Positions 43,964 to 52,964 of a stretch of 52,964 nt of DNA are shown one piece after another (the stretch's first letter is position 1; the number at the start of each line of letters is the position of its first letter). The notes under the pieces were generated by a model. The model did not search any database and was not told where the DNA came from. It was given only the letters and a program-made list of their open reading frames with translations. The stretch comes from a virus (Duplodnaviria > Caudoviricetes): positions 1 to 52,964 of IMG/VR virus record IMGVR_UViG_3300037351_000019. One strand, given 5' to 3'. The translations under genes were made by a program, and so were the position numbers.

Positions 43964-45250
43964 ATGCCAATCATTGACATCCAGCGAAGGCTCGCGCAGA
44001 CGGGCCGTATTCGAATCGGCGAAGTCGTCCACGCAACGAACGCTCAGGGGAAGGCGTACACGCGACCGAAGAAGTCTGAGACGTTCCGGCTCACTTCATC
44101 TAGTGAATCGGCGATCATCTCCGTCGCCAAGAAGTACGGAGGCAACCCGCAGATTTGGGAGGACGCGCCGGCCGGTCGGCAGTGGGAAGTGATGACCGAA
44201 TCGATGGTCCTCGACATCCTGATTCCGCCTGAGTCCATGAGCTTCAGTCAGTACTACGAACTCTGGTCGGGCGGTGGTTGTCAGCGTCGGTGCAACGGAG
44301 CCTTCCAAGTTCCGAGCGAAGAGGACTGCGTCTGTGATCCCAACAACCGAGAGTGCAAGCCTCACACTCGCCTCAGTGTCATGTTGGCTGACCTACCTGG
44401 TGCGGGACTGTGGCGACTCGATACGCAAGGGTGGAACGCCGCCAATGAGATAAGCGGAGCGTTCGAACTCGCGACCTTGATCTCCAAGGCGCGAGGAATC
44501 TCAATCCTCCCCGGCGTCCTTCGGTTGGACCAGCGCGAGACGAAGCGACCTGACGCGACTGGAAAACCCGTCACGAGGAAGTTCGCGGTTCCGGTCATCG
44601 ACTTTGACCTTGACCTTGCGGCACTTGCTAGGGGCACACAGGTAGCCATCTCGAGCCCCATCACGCCGATTTCGGACGACGGTGAGCCTCTGAGTGTTGC
44701 CGAGCAACTTGAACGTGTGAATACCCCCGTGGAGAAGCCCAAGCGCTCAAACGCCGCCGAGCCGATCAAGCCGACCGGAATCGCACCCCGAGCGCGTGGC
44801 GTGGTCCATGAGGACGATGAGCCCGTCAGTTCCGCCAAGTCACCATTCGACGCGGCGTTCGGGATGCTGGTCGACGAGGAACAAGTCGAAGCTCGCTCCA
44901 AGTTCATCGCGGCGAAACTCTCCTTACCGACGTCATCATGGAACGCCGAACAGACGGAGAGAGGACTGGCGATCGTTCACGAAATCCTCAACGCGACGAC
45001 GACAGACTCTAACCCTCAAGTACAGGTTGAGACTGTTAAACCCGACGCAATCATCCCGCCAAAGGCATCCAAGAACAAGATCACCCAACTCAATATCCGC
45101 TTCCAAGAGGCAGGGTTCAAGGACCGCCAAGTCATCCACGACTACGCGGCCAAGTCCATCTTCGAGGCCGAGGTTTTGAGCCTGAACGACCTCACGACGG
45201 CCCAGGCGAACCAGGTCATCGCGCAACTTGCAAGTGACTTTCCGGAGTAG
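43964..45250 (+). CDS. Gp3-like recombination directionality factor / putative annealing protein
   Basis: IIDIQRR....GRIRIG, RP.K.ETFRLTS, YELWSGGGCQRRC, CKPHTRLSVML and G.WRLDT.GWNAA motifs; paired with the exonuclease. Confidence 0.75.
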   Translation: MPIIDIQRRLAQTGRIRIGEVVHATNAQGKAYTRPKKSETFRLTSSSESAIISVAKKYGGNPQIWEDAPAGRQWEVMTESMVLDILIPPESMSFSQYYELWSGGGCQRRCNGAFQVPSEEDCVCDPNNRECKPHTRLSVMLADLPGAGLWRLDTQGWNAANEISGAFELATLISKARGISILPGVLRLDQRETKRPDATGKPVTRKFAVPVIDFDLDLAALARGTQVAISSPITPISDDGEPLSVAEQLERVNTPVEKPKRSNAAEPIKPTGIAPRARGVVHEDDEPVSSAKSPFDAAFGMLVDEEQVEARSKFIAAKLSLPTSSWNAEQTERGLAIVHEILNATTTDSNPQVQVETVKPDAIIPPKASKNKITQLNIRFQEAGFKDRQVIHDYAAKSIFEAEVLSLNDLTTAQANQVIAQLASDFPE

Positions 45251-45380
45251 TACGTTCAAGTTCCAACTAAAAACGAATCGCCCCCGGGAGATTGATTCCG
45301 GAGGCGATTCGTTGAAGACCCAGCCACTACGAAAGGTCAACCGTGAGCATAAGCGATGTGTGTTACAAAGTCAACGCGCC

Positions 45381-46181
45381 ATGATAATCCGCACGCCGGA
45401 ACGTGAACGATACCTTGTCATGTCCAAGGTCGGCCTCGAGGACGTACGCCTGTCGTGGAAGGCTAAAGGACTGCTGGCCTATCTTCTTTCGAAGCCCGAC
45501 AACTGGAACGTGATCGTCGCTCATCTAGTGACCCAATCACCCGAAGGAAAGGCGTCGGTCATGGGCGGCCTGAGTGAACTCGAAAAGCTCGGCTACATCC
45601 GCAGGACCAAGAAGCGCCGCGACGGTGAGAGGTTCGACGGAATCGACTCCGAAGTGTTCGAAGAGCCTATTTTCCCTGATAAAACCGCAAGCCGATTTTC
45701 CGCTCACGGAAATTCGGTAAACGGAAAATCGGACACTAATGAAGAATTACCTTTAATGAATAATGAAGAGAATGAATCCTGTTCAGATTCAATAATTGAG
45801 TCCGCCTTCGAAGAGACCTGGAAGCACTATCCGAAGAAGAAGGGCCGCGGCGAGGCGCTCAAATCTTTCACGGCCACGGTCAGGGCAAAACGCGGAACCC
45901 TTGAGCAACTCATGGACGCCACGATCAACTACGCGTTCTCGAGAGTTGGTCAGGATGATCAGTACACGGTCTACGGCAAGAGATTCTTCGGTCCTGGAAA
46001 TTATTGGCGCGACTTCGCACTCGCACCGATCGGCGCAACCCTCAACGACCGCGCCGACATATCCCGACAGATCCAAGACGACACCGACTGGCAAGCCGAA
46101 CTCGAGCGCCGCCACGCCGAAAGCACCCCGGCCCCCAAAGGTTTCGCCAATTCAATTCGATCAATGAAGAGAGAGACATGA
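45381..46181 (+). CDS. Replication initiator-like protein (N-terminal wHTH)
   Basis: LSWKAKGLLAYLLSKPDNW, ELEKLGYI and FEETWKHYPKKKG motifs. Confidence 0.75.
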   Translation: MIIRTPERERYLVMSKVGLEDVRLSWKAKGLLAYLLSKPDNWNVIVAHLVTQSPEGKASVMGGLSELEKLGYIRRTKKRRDGERFDGIDSEVFEEPIFPDKTASRFSAHGNSVNGKSDTNEELPLMNNEENESCSDSIIESAFEETWKHYPKKKGRGEALKSFTATVRAKRGTLEQLMDATINYAFSRVGQDDQYTVYGKRFFGPGNYWRDFALAPIGATLNDRADISRQIQDDTDWQAELERRHAESTPAPKGFANSIRSMKRET

Positions 46182-46243
46182 GCCTCACAGCCGTTTCGCT
46201 TTTCGCCGGCGCGAAGAATCAAAACCAATGCCCGAACACATGA
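46178..46243 (+). pseudogene. Remnant N-terminus of a C5-cytosine methyltransferase
   Basis: MSLTAVSLFAGA (motif I start), ATGA-coupled, stops after 21 aa. Confidence 0.6.
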
Positions 46244-46274
46244 AGGATCTACGAAAGAAACTGAGGGGGAACTT

Positions 46275-47648
46275 GTGAGCGATGCCTACGAATCGTTTCT
46301 GTCTCGAAGAGCTCAACTTCGAGACGAGGGTGGATTTACCCCGACCGTAATCCCCGATCACTTATTTGACTTCCAGCGCGACCTATTGGAGTTCGCGGTT
46401 CGAAAAGGACGCGCGGCATTGTTCGCGGACTGCGGTCTAGGAAAGACCCCTATCGAACTTGCCTACGCGCAGAACGTTCACGAGCAAACAGGCAAGCCCG
46501 TGTTGATTCTCACCCCGTTGGCCGTCGGATATCAGATGATCGGCGAGGCTAAGAAATTCGGTTACGAGGCTCATCTATCTCGCGACGGTTCAATTCAGAG
46601 TCCCATCGTCATAACGAACTACGAACAACTGGAAAAGTTCAACTGGTTCGACTTCGGCGGCGTAGTGTGTGACGAAAGTTCCGCGATCAAATCATTCGAA
46701 GGAGCGACCAGAGCAAGAGTGACGGAGTTTCTTCGCTTGCACCAATACCGACTACTGGCGACGGCGACGGCCGCGCCGAATGATTACATCGAACTTGGAA
46801 CATCAGCCGAGGCACTTGGCGAAATGGGCCACGTTGACATGCTCGGTCGATTCTTCATTAACAGCGATCGCTCCGTGTCATCTCGAGGCCGCACCAGTGG
46901 CGGGGGTTCGGTTGAATGGCGACTCAAGGGACATGCTGAAACTCCATTCTGGCGGTGGGTTGTCAGTTGGGCTCGGGCGGTTCGCAAGCCGAGCGATCTT
47001 GGCTACGAGGACGGAGATTTTATTCTTCCGCCCCTCGTTGAAAAAACGCACTGTGTAGAGCCAACTCGCGTGAAAGATGGTTCACTATTTGACTTGCCGG
47101 CGATAGGTCTGCAAGAGGAACGTGAAGAGACACGGCGCACACTCACCGAACGATGCGAAATGGCCGCTTCGATTCTTTCTGATGCTGAAACAGGCGTCGC
47201 CTGGTGTCACTTGAATGACGAGGGACGCGCTCTCACTCAAATGATTAATGGCGCAGTTGAGGTTTCTGGGTCGGATTCTGACGGGTCGAAAGAGGAGAAA
47301 CTTACCGCGTTCGGCCGGGGCGAGATTCGAGTTCTGGTAACCAAGCCCAAGATTGGCGCCTGGGGCCTGAACTGGCAACACTCGCATACGATGACGTATT
47401 TTCCGAGTCACAGCTATGAACAGATGTACCAGGCCATTAGGCGAATGTGGCGATTCGGTCAACAGAATACGGTCGAGGTAAATCTCATAACGACACCAGG
47501 TGGCGAAAAGGTTCTCGCGAACTTGAAGCGCAAGAGCGACCAGGCCGATCAAATGTTTCGACTACTCGTAGCAGAAATGAATAACGCTCTGTCAATTCGA
47601 CGGACCGAATTTGAAAACGAAATGGAGATTCCGTCATGGCTCAAGTAG
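46275..47648 (+). CDS. SNF2/SF2-like helicase
   Basis: ADCGLGKT, CDESS, TATAAPND, GLNWQ and YQAIRRMWRFGQ motifs. Confidence 0.9.
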   Translation: MSDAYESFLSRRAQLRDEGGFTPTVIPDHLFDFQRDLLEFAVRKGRAALFADCGLGKTPIELAYAQNVHEQTGKPVLILTPLAVGYQMIGEAKKFGYEAHLSRDGSIQSPIVITNYEQLEKFNWFDFGGVVCDESSAIKSFEGATRARVTEFLRLHQYRLLATATAAPNDYIELGTSAEALGEMGHVDMLGRFFINSDRSVSSRGRTSGGGSVEWRLKGHAETPFWRWVVSWARAVRKPSDLGYEDGDFILPPLVEKTHCVEPTRVKDGSLFDLPAIGLQEEREETRRTLTERCEMAASILSDAETGVAWCHLNDEGRALTQMINGAVEVSGSDSDGSKEEKLTAFGRGEIRVLVTKPKIGAWGLNWQHSHTMTYFPSHSYEQMYQAIRRMWRFGQQNTVEVNLITTPGGEKVLANLKRKSDQADQMFRLLVAEMNNALSIRRTEFENEMEIPSWLK

Positions 47649-48616
47649 GTGACCAAGTAGTTAATGATCGATTCGCGATTTATCACGCAGATTGCATGGA
47701 CGTTCTTCGGTCGTTGCCAAACGATTGTCTAGGCGCGACGATTTACAGCCCGCCGTTCGGGGGTCTATATCACTATTCATCGGATGACCGCGACCTGTCG
47801 AACACTCGTGACTACGACGAGTTTTTCGAGATGTACCGATTCGTCATTGACGAGATTTTCAGGGTAACTATTCCGGGGAGATGTTCGGGTGTTCATGCCT
47901 CATTAGTTCCATCCGTGGCGTCGGCCTCGTTCGGTTCGTACATCGACTTTCCTGGTGATGTGATTCGAGCTCATCAGTCGGCCGGGTTCGATTTCGTCGC
48001 TCGGCACATTATCTGGAAAGAACCTCTCGCGGTTCGACGAAGGACCATGCAAGGAAACCTTGCGCACAAAACGATTGTTATCGACGGAACAAAAGGCGGT
48101 ATGGCGTCACCGGATGAACTGTTAGTTTTCCGAAAGCCAGGTGAAGAACCCGTCCCTCATCCGATTGGTTTAACGGGAGAGTACGCCGGCGATGAACAAC
48201 CGCCGAAAGAGTTGGAACGTTGGCGCGGGCATCAGGGCGATCAGAAACTAAACCGGTGGTCACATTGGATTTGGCGACGTTATGCCTCGTCGGTATGGGA
48301 CGACGTTCGCGGAGGTCGTGTTTTGCCATTTCAAGATTCCAAAGACGAGGATGACGAGAAGCACGTCCACCCCTTACAGCTCGACGTGATTGAAAGATTC
48401 TTGGATCTTCGAACGGAGCCGGGCGATAAGGTGCTGACCCCGTTCATGGGTGTCGGATCGGAGGTTTACGCGGCGGTACGAATGGGACGCATTGGCATCG
48501 GCGCGGAGTTGAAGAAGTCATATTTCATTCAGGCGAAGCGGAACATGGAAACCGTTGACCGACCTCTCGAAGAAACTGCCGAACCTCTGTTCTCGGAGGT
48601 CGACGATGACGAATGA
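47636..48616 (+). CDS. N4-C/N6-A DNA methyltransferase (beta class)
   Basis: Catalytic SPPF precedes the SAM motif TPFMGVGS; HVHPLQ and GIGAELK. Confidence 0.9.
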   Translation: MAQVGDQVVNDRFAIYHADCMDVLRSLPNDCLGATIYSPPFGGLYHYSSDDRDLSNTRDYDEFFEMYRFVIDEIFRVTIPGRCSGVHASLVPSVASASFGSYIDFPGDVIRAHQSAGFDFVARHIIWKEPLAVRRRTMQGNLAHKTIVIDGTKGGMASPDELLVFRKPGEEPVPHPIGLTGEYAGDEQPPKELERWRGHQGDQKLNRWSHWIWRRYASSVWDDVRGGRVLPFQDSKDEDDEKHVHPLQLDVIERFLDLRTEPGDKVLTPFMGVGSEVYAAVRMGRIGIGAELKKSYFIQAKRNMETVDRPLEETAEPLFSEVDDDE

Positions 48617-49028
48617 ACAGCTCCGCACCGCCTGGACCACCGCCGTCGCCGACGCCAACCAACTCGCCGACATGCTCCAACAGGCGCAAGAGTCAGACGA
48701 CTACGACCTCGCCCAAGAACTAGAACGAGACTTAGAGACCGCCCAGAACCTCGTCGACACCGCGTACCAGACGTACCTGAAGGCCAGTGCCAATTGGGTA
48801 ACAGAGGCTCCGTGGAGATTCGACGCCATCGTCGTGTCATCCTCCGTCCACAACCCCGAGACTGAGACCGTGGCGCCTTCGATCACCTTCGCCTTCCGAG
48901 CCAGGGATGTCGAACCGATAACTGTAACTTTGGTGATGACCGAGATGAACCTACGGAAGTTCCAGAAGGACTTGGATAAACAGATCGGCAAGTCCATCAA
49001 GGCGTGTCGGGAGATAGCTCGTGGCTAG
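48606..49028 (+). CDS. Hypothetical protein
   Basis: RBS GGAGG; overlaps the MTase end. Confidence 0.55.
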   Translation: MTNEQLRTAWTTAVADANQLADMLQQAQESDDYDLAQELERDLETAQNLVDTAYQTYLKASANWVTEAPWRFDAIVVSSSVHNPETETVAPSITFAFRARDVEPITVTLVMTEMNLRKFQKDLDKQIGKSIKACREIARG

Positions 49029-49401
49029 CGACGGCGCTCAGGCCCCCGGCTACCTGCGCTCCCAGAACGGCGAGATTGTCCACAAGACGGGTTGCCCAAA
49101 GACGGGCCGGGCGATGCTTTGGACGTGGGCAAATGACAGGTTTTGCACAGACGTGGACCTGGTTGCCAACTTGCCGTATTGGATACGACCCTGTAAATAC
49201 TGTTTCCAATCGGTCAAGCCCCCCGAGCCGGTCAACGTCGCGCAATTGAGACGTCGAGCAAGAGATTCCAGGGCTTATTTCACGAGGACCGCCGTTCACC
49301 AGACTGGACTGATCGTGAGTCAAGAGGACGCTCGGCTCATCGGGGAAGAGCGGATTCAATATAACCGCGTGAAAACTGAATTCCCTGAATTCTGGCCGTG
49401 A
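49021..49401 (+). CDS. Hypothetical Zn-binding protein
   Basis: VHKTGC...PCKYC. Confidence 0.55.
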   Translation: MASDGAQAPGYLRSQNGEIVHKTGCPKTGRAMLWTWANDRFCTDVDLVANLPYWIRPCKYCFQSVKPPEPVNVAQLRRRARDSRAYFTRTAVHQTGLIVSQEDARLIGEERIQYNRVKTEFPEFWP

Positions 49402-49405
49402 ATAC

Positions 49406-49441
49406 TGTATGATTGAACATACAAGCAACTGGAGAGGAAAG
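49406..49441 (+). promoter_or_regulatory. Promoter/operator TGTATGA-TTGA-ACATACA plus RBS CTGGAGAGG
   Basis: Fourth copy of the palindrome. Confidence 0.72.
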
Positions 49442-49443
49442 AA

Positions 49444-49548
49444 ATGGTACACATCATCATCAAGGTGATCGAGGTCACGTTCTTCGTCGTCGCGATTCCG
49501 GCGACCGTGGGCGTGCTGACGATCGCTGTGAGGGAGTCACGGTCATGA
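49444..49548 (+). CDS. 34-aa membrane peptide (not in ORF track)
   Basis: Strong RBS; hydrophobic; ATGA overlap. Confidence 0.5.
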   Translation: MVHIIIKVIEVTFFVVAIPATVGVLTIAVRESRS

Positions 49549-49850
49549 ATTGGAACGGTGAAGATTTGAGCACCATTGGGAAACTGAGCGACGCGATTCT
49601 TGCGATAGCGCGTTCGGACGACCAAGACAGCGCCGACCGATTCATGGCGCAGTACCGAGCCGAGAACACGGCAGCGGATTCAAACGTCGGTTATCTATCG
49701 GGTTACTACGCGCCAGAAACGATGGCGAAGGTTCAGCGCATGTTCAAGGTTGCTCATCCGATTTTCGGGTCCAGTGTTCCCAGTCACGAAGAAGCATTTG
49801 ACGCTGGCTACGAAAGAGGACTCGCGTCAATCCCGAGGAACGACTCATGA
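49545..49850 (+). CDS. Hypothetical protein
   Basis: Translationally coupled ORF. Confidence 0.6.
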   Translation: MNWNGEDLSTIGKLSDAILAIARSDDQDSADRFMAQYRAENTAADSNVGYLSGYYAPETMAKVQRMFKVAHPIFGSSVPSHEEAFDAGYERGLASIPRNDS

Positions 49851-50119
49851 CCCCCTCCCAACTCGAAGCCCGACGCATCCAGAGCGAACTCAACCGACTC
49901 TCACGAGGCGAGGTCCGCGAAGTGAAACTCGGACGCCGGACACTCACGCGAGGAACGGTCGTCACCATAACCGGCGAGCGAGGGAGGTTCGTCTTTCATT
50001 CGGCGATTGTGAAAGAGGGCGAGTGTCAGTCCATCTGCGTCTTCGGCGGACCACCGAACAGGGAACACTGGCGGCACTTTCGACCCGAGCGTCTTGGCGT
50101 GGTGAAGCGACATGCCTGA
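49847..50119 (+). CDS. Hypothetical SH3-like protein
   Basis: GTVVTITGERGRFVF...VFGG...RHFRPE. Confidence 0.6.
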   Translation: MTPSQLEARRIQSELNRLSRGEVREVKLGRRTLTRGTVVTITGERGRFVFHSAIVKEGECQSICVFGGPPNREHWRHFRPERLGVVKRHA

Positions 50120-50478
50120 GACGACTGAGGTTCCTGGGTACGTCAAGTACGACGCGAATGGAATAACTGCGTTGTTGTGTCGGCGGTGTGTGACAGAGCG
50201 CGAGAAGCAAACCATCGGCGCGTCACCTGATGGGCTAGAGCCGATACCGCTGACTCAGGTAATAATTTGCAGTCGCTGTGGCGAGACGCCATGATCCGCG
50301 TCCGCAAAAACCCCGACGCCTACTTCATCACCATCGACCGGCACACCCTCACCCAAGTCGGAAAGTCAGGCGTGATGAAAGACGAGGCCGTAGCTCTACG
50401 ACTCGGAGCACTCATCGAACTCTCGAACGCCAAGAGTCGGGTGAAGGTCTGGCGGGCGTACACGTTGACGGGGGCGTG

Positions 50479-50835
50479 ATGAGAGTTTCGGACGAAGAAC
50501 GTGACCGACGAATTGCAGCGGCTTCATTTCGTGACCTGATGGCATCGTCGCTCGACGAGGGCGACATGTCGGTCTGGTATCTGTCGTTCGTTGACACCGA
50601 GATATCTAAGTCGATTCCTTTGGAAGAACAGCGACCGGGAGGTCCGTCATGGCTAGGCGCCTGCATCGTTCCCGCGATGGACGCGACAAGCGCAGTCGCG
50701 GCGGCTCATCGACTCGGGTGCAATCCTGGCGGTCAGGTCGCGATGTACGGACCGTTCGCGCGTGAAGAGTTCAAACCCGAATGCATCGGCGTTCTGTTGA
50801 AGTCGCAACAAGAGTGCGACGAGGCGCACGTATGA
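50479..50835 (+). CDS. Hypothetical protein
   Basis: WYLSFVD...LGACIV...LGCNPGG. Confidence 0.55.
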   Translation: MRVSDEERDRRIAAASFRDLMASSLDEGDMSVWYLSFVDTEISKSIPLEEQRPGGPSWLGACIVPAMDATSAVAAAHRLGCNPGGQVAMYGPFAREEFKPECIGVLLKSQQECDEAHV

Positions 50836-50989
50836 AGCGCCGCTTCTACGTCACGGTCTACGGCGTCACTGCAGTACGAGGAACCGATAACCGAACGATG
50901 ATGACGTTCTTCGAAGCCTGGTCAATGAGGGGTTTCATCTTGAGCAAGGATCCGAAGGCCGACGTGAGGATTATGAGGGGAGTGAAGTC

Positions 50990-51337
50990 GTGAAGAAGTC
51001 CAAGCGACTTAAAGAGTACGACGCCGAGTTCAATCGAATGAAGCCGATCATCATGGAACGCGCCAGGGGAATGTGCGAGGCGCCGAAGTTCACCTTTCAC
51101 TTTGCTCGCAAAGAGCGCGGCCTGCTGTGGAACGCATGCGACGGGTCAAAGCCTCACCCAGCCGTTCACGTCCACCACCGCAAGTACCGATCGCGCGGCG
51201 GGACGAACGCTGAGTCGAATCTCATAGCTCTTTGTAACGACGCGCACTCTTGGACACACGCACACGGAGGCTTCGGACAACCGGCCAACCTACTCGGGCT
51301 GGCGCTCAGTGCCGGCGAGAGTGAGGACTTGAAATGA
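50990..51337 (+). CDS. HNH endonuclease
   Basis: RARGMCE, HVHHRKYRSRGG...NLIALC..AH..TH. Confidence 0.85.
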   Translation: MKKSKRLKEYDAEFNRMKPIIMERARGMCEAPKFTFHFARKERGLLWNACDGSKPHPAVHVHHRKYRSRGGTNAESNLIALCNDAHSWTHAHGGFGQPANLLGLALSAGESEDLK

Positions 51338-51561
51338 ATATAATTGATCACGAGGCAAAAGCAATGGTGGTGCTGGAAGATCTAGCCAAGCGACCGGTCG
51401 GTGATGACGATGTCATTTATTTCGCTCAGGCGCAGGTCCATGCACTATTAGCGATAATGCAAGAACTACGAAGTATTGCGACCGAACTCAATACGCTCAA
51501 CTGCGGTGGTTATGACTCATCGACCGGGTTGCCTCGCGAGGGTCTGGATACGTTGTTCTGA
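51334..51561 (+). CDS. Hypothetical protein
   Basis: AQAQVHALLA; translationally coupled. Confidence 0.55.
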   Translation: MNIIDHEAKAMVVLEDLAKRPVGDDDVIYFAQAQVHALLAIMQELRSIATELNTLNCGGYDSSTGLPREGLDTLF

Positions 51562-51905
51562 TGGACACCCTCTTCGACGTCACCCCCATGAACGAGGTCG
51601 ACCTACCGCACACGGCGACGATCGAGGAACGAGCCAGGGCGTTCCATGAGGCCAATCCTCGTGTCTATGACGAGTTGCGTCGTCTGGCGTTCATCTTGGT
51701 CAATCGCGGCCATAAGCGGTTCGGATGCAAAATGCTGGCGGAACAACTTAGGTGGTCCTGGTACGAGAGAACAATCGACGTGAGCGGTTACAAGCTCTCG
51801 AATACTTACGTGGCCTTCTACGCTCGGCTCCTGATGAAGAACGAACCTGAATTGCAGGGAGTTTTCGAGACTCGTTCAAGCCCGCACTCGTCGCCTGATG
51901 TATGA
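51561..51905 (+). CDS. Conserved-looking phage hypothetical protein
   Basis: FHEANPRVY...EQLRW...YKLSN...FYARL...FETR. Confidence 0.65.
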   Translation: MDTLFDVTPMNEVDLPHTATIEERARAFHEANPRVYDELRRLAFILVNRGHKRFGCKMLAEQLRWSWYERTIDVSGYKLSNTYVAFYARLLMKNEPELQGVFETRSSPHSSPDV

Positions 51906-51944
51906 TGTAACCTACGATTCATCCATCCACGAACGAAGGAATCC

Positions 51945-52370
51945 ATGAAAGACTCATCTGAAATTCTCGGCGACTACAAAGGGTTGCCAATCACAGGAAC
52001 GTCAGTCGTCGTCAACAAGCTCGGCGACGGACTCTCAAAGGCAGTTGACGTCGAACCGCTTGTACCCGATGTCGGCGAGGACGTCTACATCGCCTGTCGC
52101 GTTCGAAAGACCAAGGATCGCTACGACGTCGTGCGCGACGACAGCGGCAACGCAGTCTCGTACACGCTCGTGCAGATTTTCGACTCGACCGGCGCGATGT
52201 TCACCGACGCGAAGTTAGCCCGTGCCGGAATCCAAAAGATGCAAGAGCGCATCAAGAAACTCGAAGCCGAGCGCAAGGGACAACTGGAACTACTGATCGA
52301 GGACAACGTCACACCGCTGCACAAGGACATCGCGAGCAAGGTCGACGAAGCATTTAAGGATGCGAAATGA
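51945..52370 (+). CDS. Hypothetical protein
   Basis: RBS AAGGA; GDGLSKAV motif. Confidence 0.6.
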   Translation: MKDSSEILGDYKGLPITGTSVVVNKLGDGLSKAVDVEPLVPDVGEDVYIACRVRKTKDRYDVVRDDSGNAVSYTLVQIFDSTGAMFTDAKLARAGIQKMQERIKKLEAERKGQLELLIEDNVTPLHKDIASKVDEAFKDAK

Positions 52371-52964
52371 AAGAGGAAACCATTATCCCCAACCAACTGC
52401 CGCGACTCTCGTCAGGAAAGCAGAACCCTGGCTCAGGAAACGTCTGTGCTGAACAGGCTATTTCGTGGCTCGTCTCAGGACGGCTCGATCTAGGAGACGA
52501 AACAGATACCCCCGACTGCGTAAATCCTGTGTTGAACAAATTGGCGATCACCGTGAACGACTCAATCTCAAATGAACGACGTCACGAGATGTGGCCGATT
52601 CTCTTGCGCCAACCTGGAACTGCGCACCCTGACATGGAGCCGATCCTGTCGATTCGACTCGCGTGTTTCTTGGCTGAGAAGGTTCTGTATCTCGTGCCCG
52701 AAGCGGACTGGGAGGTCTGTCGAGACGCGATTGTGTCCGCGCAAGTGTACTGCGACAATCCGACGAAGGAAACCGCCACCAACGCCGCCGCCTACGCCTA
52801 CGCCGCCACCAACGCCGCCGCCTACGCCAACGCCGCCGCCTACGCCGCCGCCCGCACCAACGCCGCCGCCAACGCCGCCGCCTACGCCGCCGCCGCCACC
52901 AACGCCGCCACCAACGCCGCCGCCTACGCCACCGCCGCCACCAACGCCGCCGCCAACGCCGCCA
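52367..52964 (+). CDS. Ala-rich repeat protein, N-terminal part (continues at 1..341)
   Basis: ATGA-coupled; MKEETIIPNQLPRLSSGKQ...CAEQAISWL...PDCVNPVL...VND, open to the window end. Confidence 0.75.
   Translation, partial: MKEETIIPNQLPRLSSGKQNPGSGNVCAEQAISWLVSGRLDLGDETDTPDCVNPVLNKLAITVNDSISNERRHEMWPILLRQPGTAHPDMEPILSIRLACFLAEKVLYLVPEADWEVCRDAIVSAQVYCDNPTKETATNAAAYAYAATNAAAYANAAAYAAARTNAAANAAAYAAAATNAATNAAAYATAATNAAANAA

Larger units (their letters stand above)
1..52964 (+). mobile_element. Near-complete tailed (siphovirus-like) phage genome, probably actinobacterial host; ends overlap
   Basis: TerS/TerL, portal, protease, capsid, tail tube, tape measure, lysis and replication modules in phage order. 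Positions 1-80 equal 52713-52792, and 71-147 equal 52888-52964. Confidence 0.95.

Noticed and set aside
1-52964. Integrase/attP or other lysogeny module
   Set aside because: No tyrosine or serine recombinase motifs were recognised in any ORF, so lifestyle cannot be called from this sequence.

Overview
The window is an apparently complete, circularly closing genome (~52.7-52.8 kb) of a tailed dsDNA phage. Its host is most likely actinobacterial, judging from leaderless genes, an Rpf-like transglycosylase and a head/tail module resembling cluster-B-type actinophages. Nearly all credible genes lie on the + strand. The order is: small early genes; a GH16-like protein; TerS; a ParB-like / ABC-ATPase-GNAT / ASCH insert; TerL; a portal-MuF fusion; maturation protease; two capsid proteins; the tail module with a -1 frameshifted chaperone; a lysis region with three papain-fold enzymes; a Ro60/TROVE cassette; recombination, replication initiator, SNF2 helicase and MTase genes; HNH; and an Ala-repeat gene spanning the contig junction. 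No integrase, DNA polymerase, RT or CRISPR array was seen. The most striking element is at 40737-42869. It holds a tandem array of three Y RNA-like units directly upstream of a phage Ro60 gene, flanked by a 19-bp perfect inverted repeat. One unit contains a circularly permuted tRNA module (YrlA-like), and each unit shows a different anticodon-like U-NNU-AA loop (GAU, GCU, CUU). All protein calls come from motifs and synteny read by eye; no database searches or folding programs were run.
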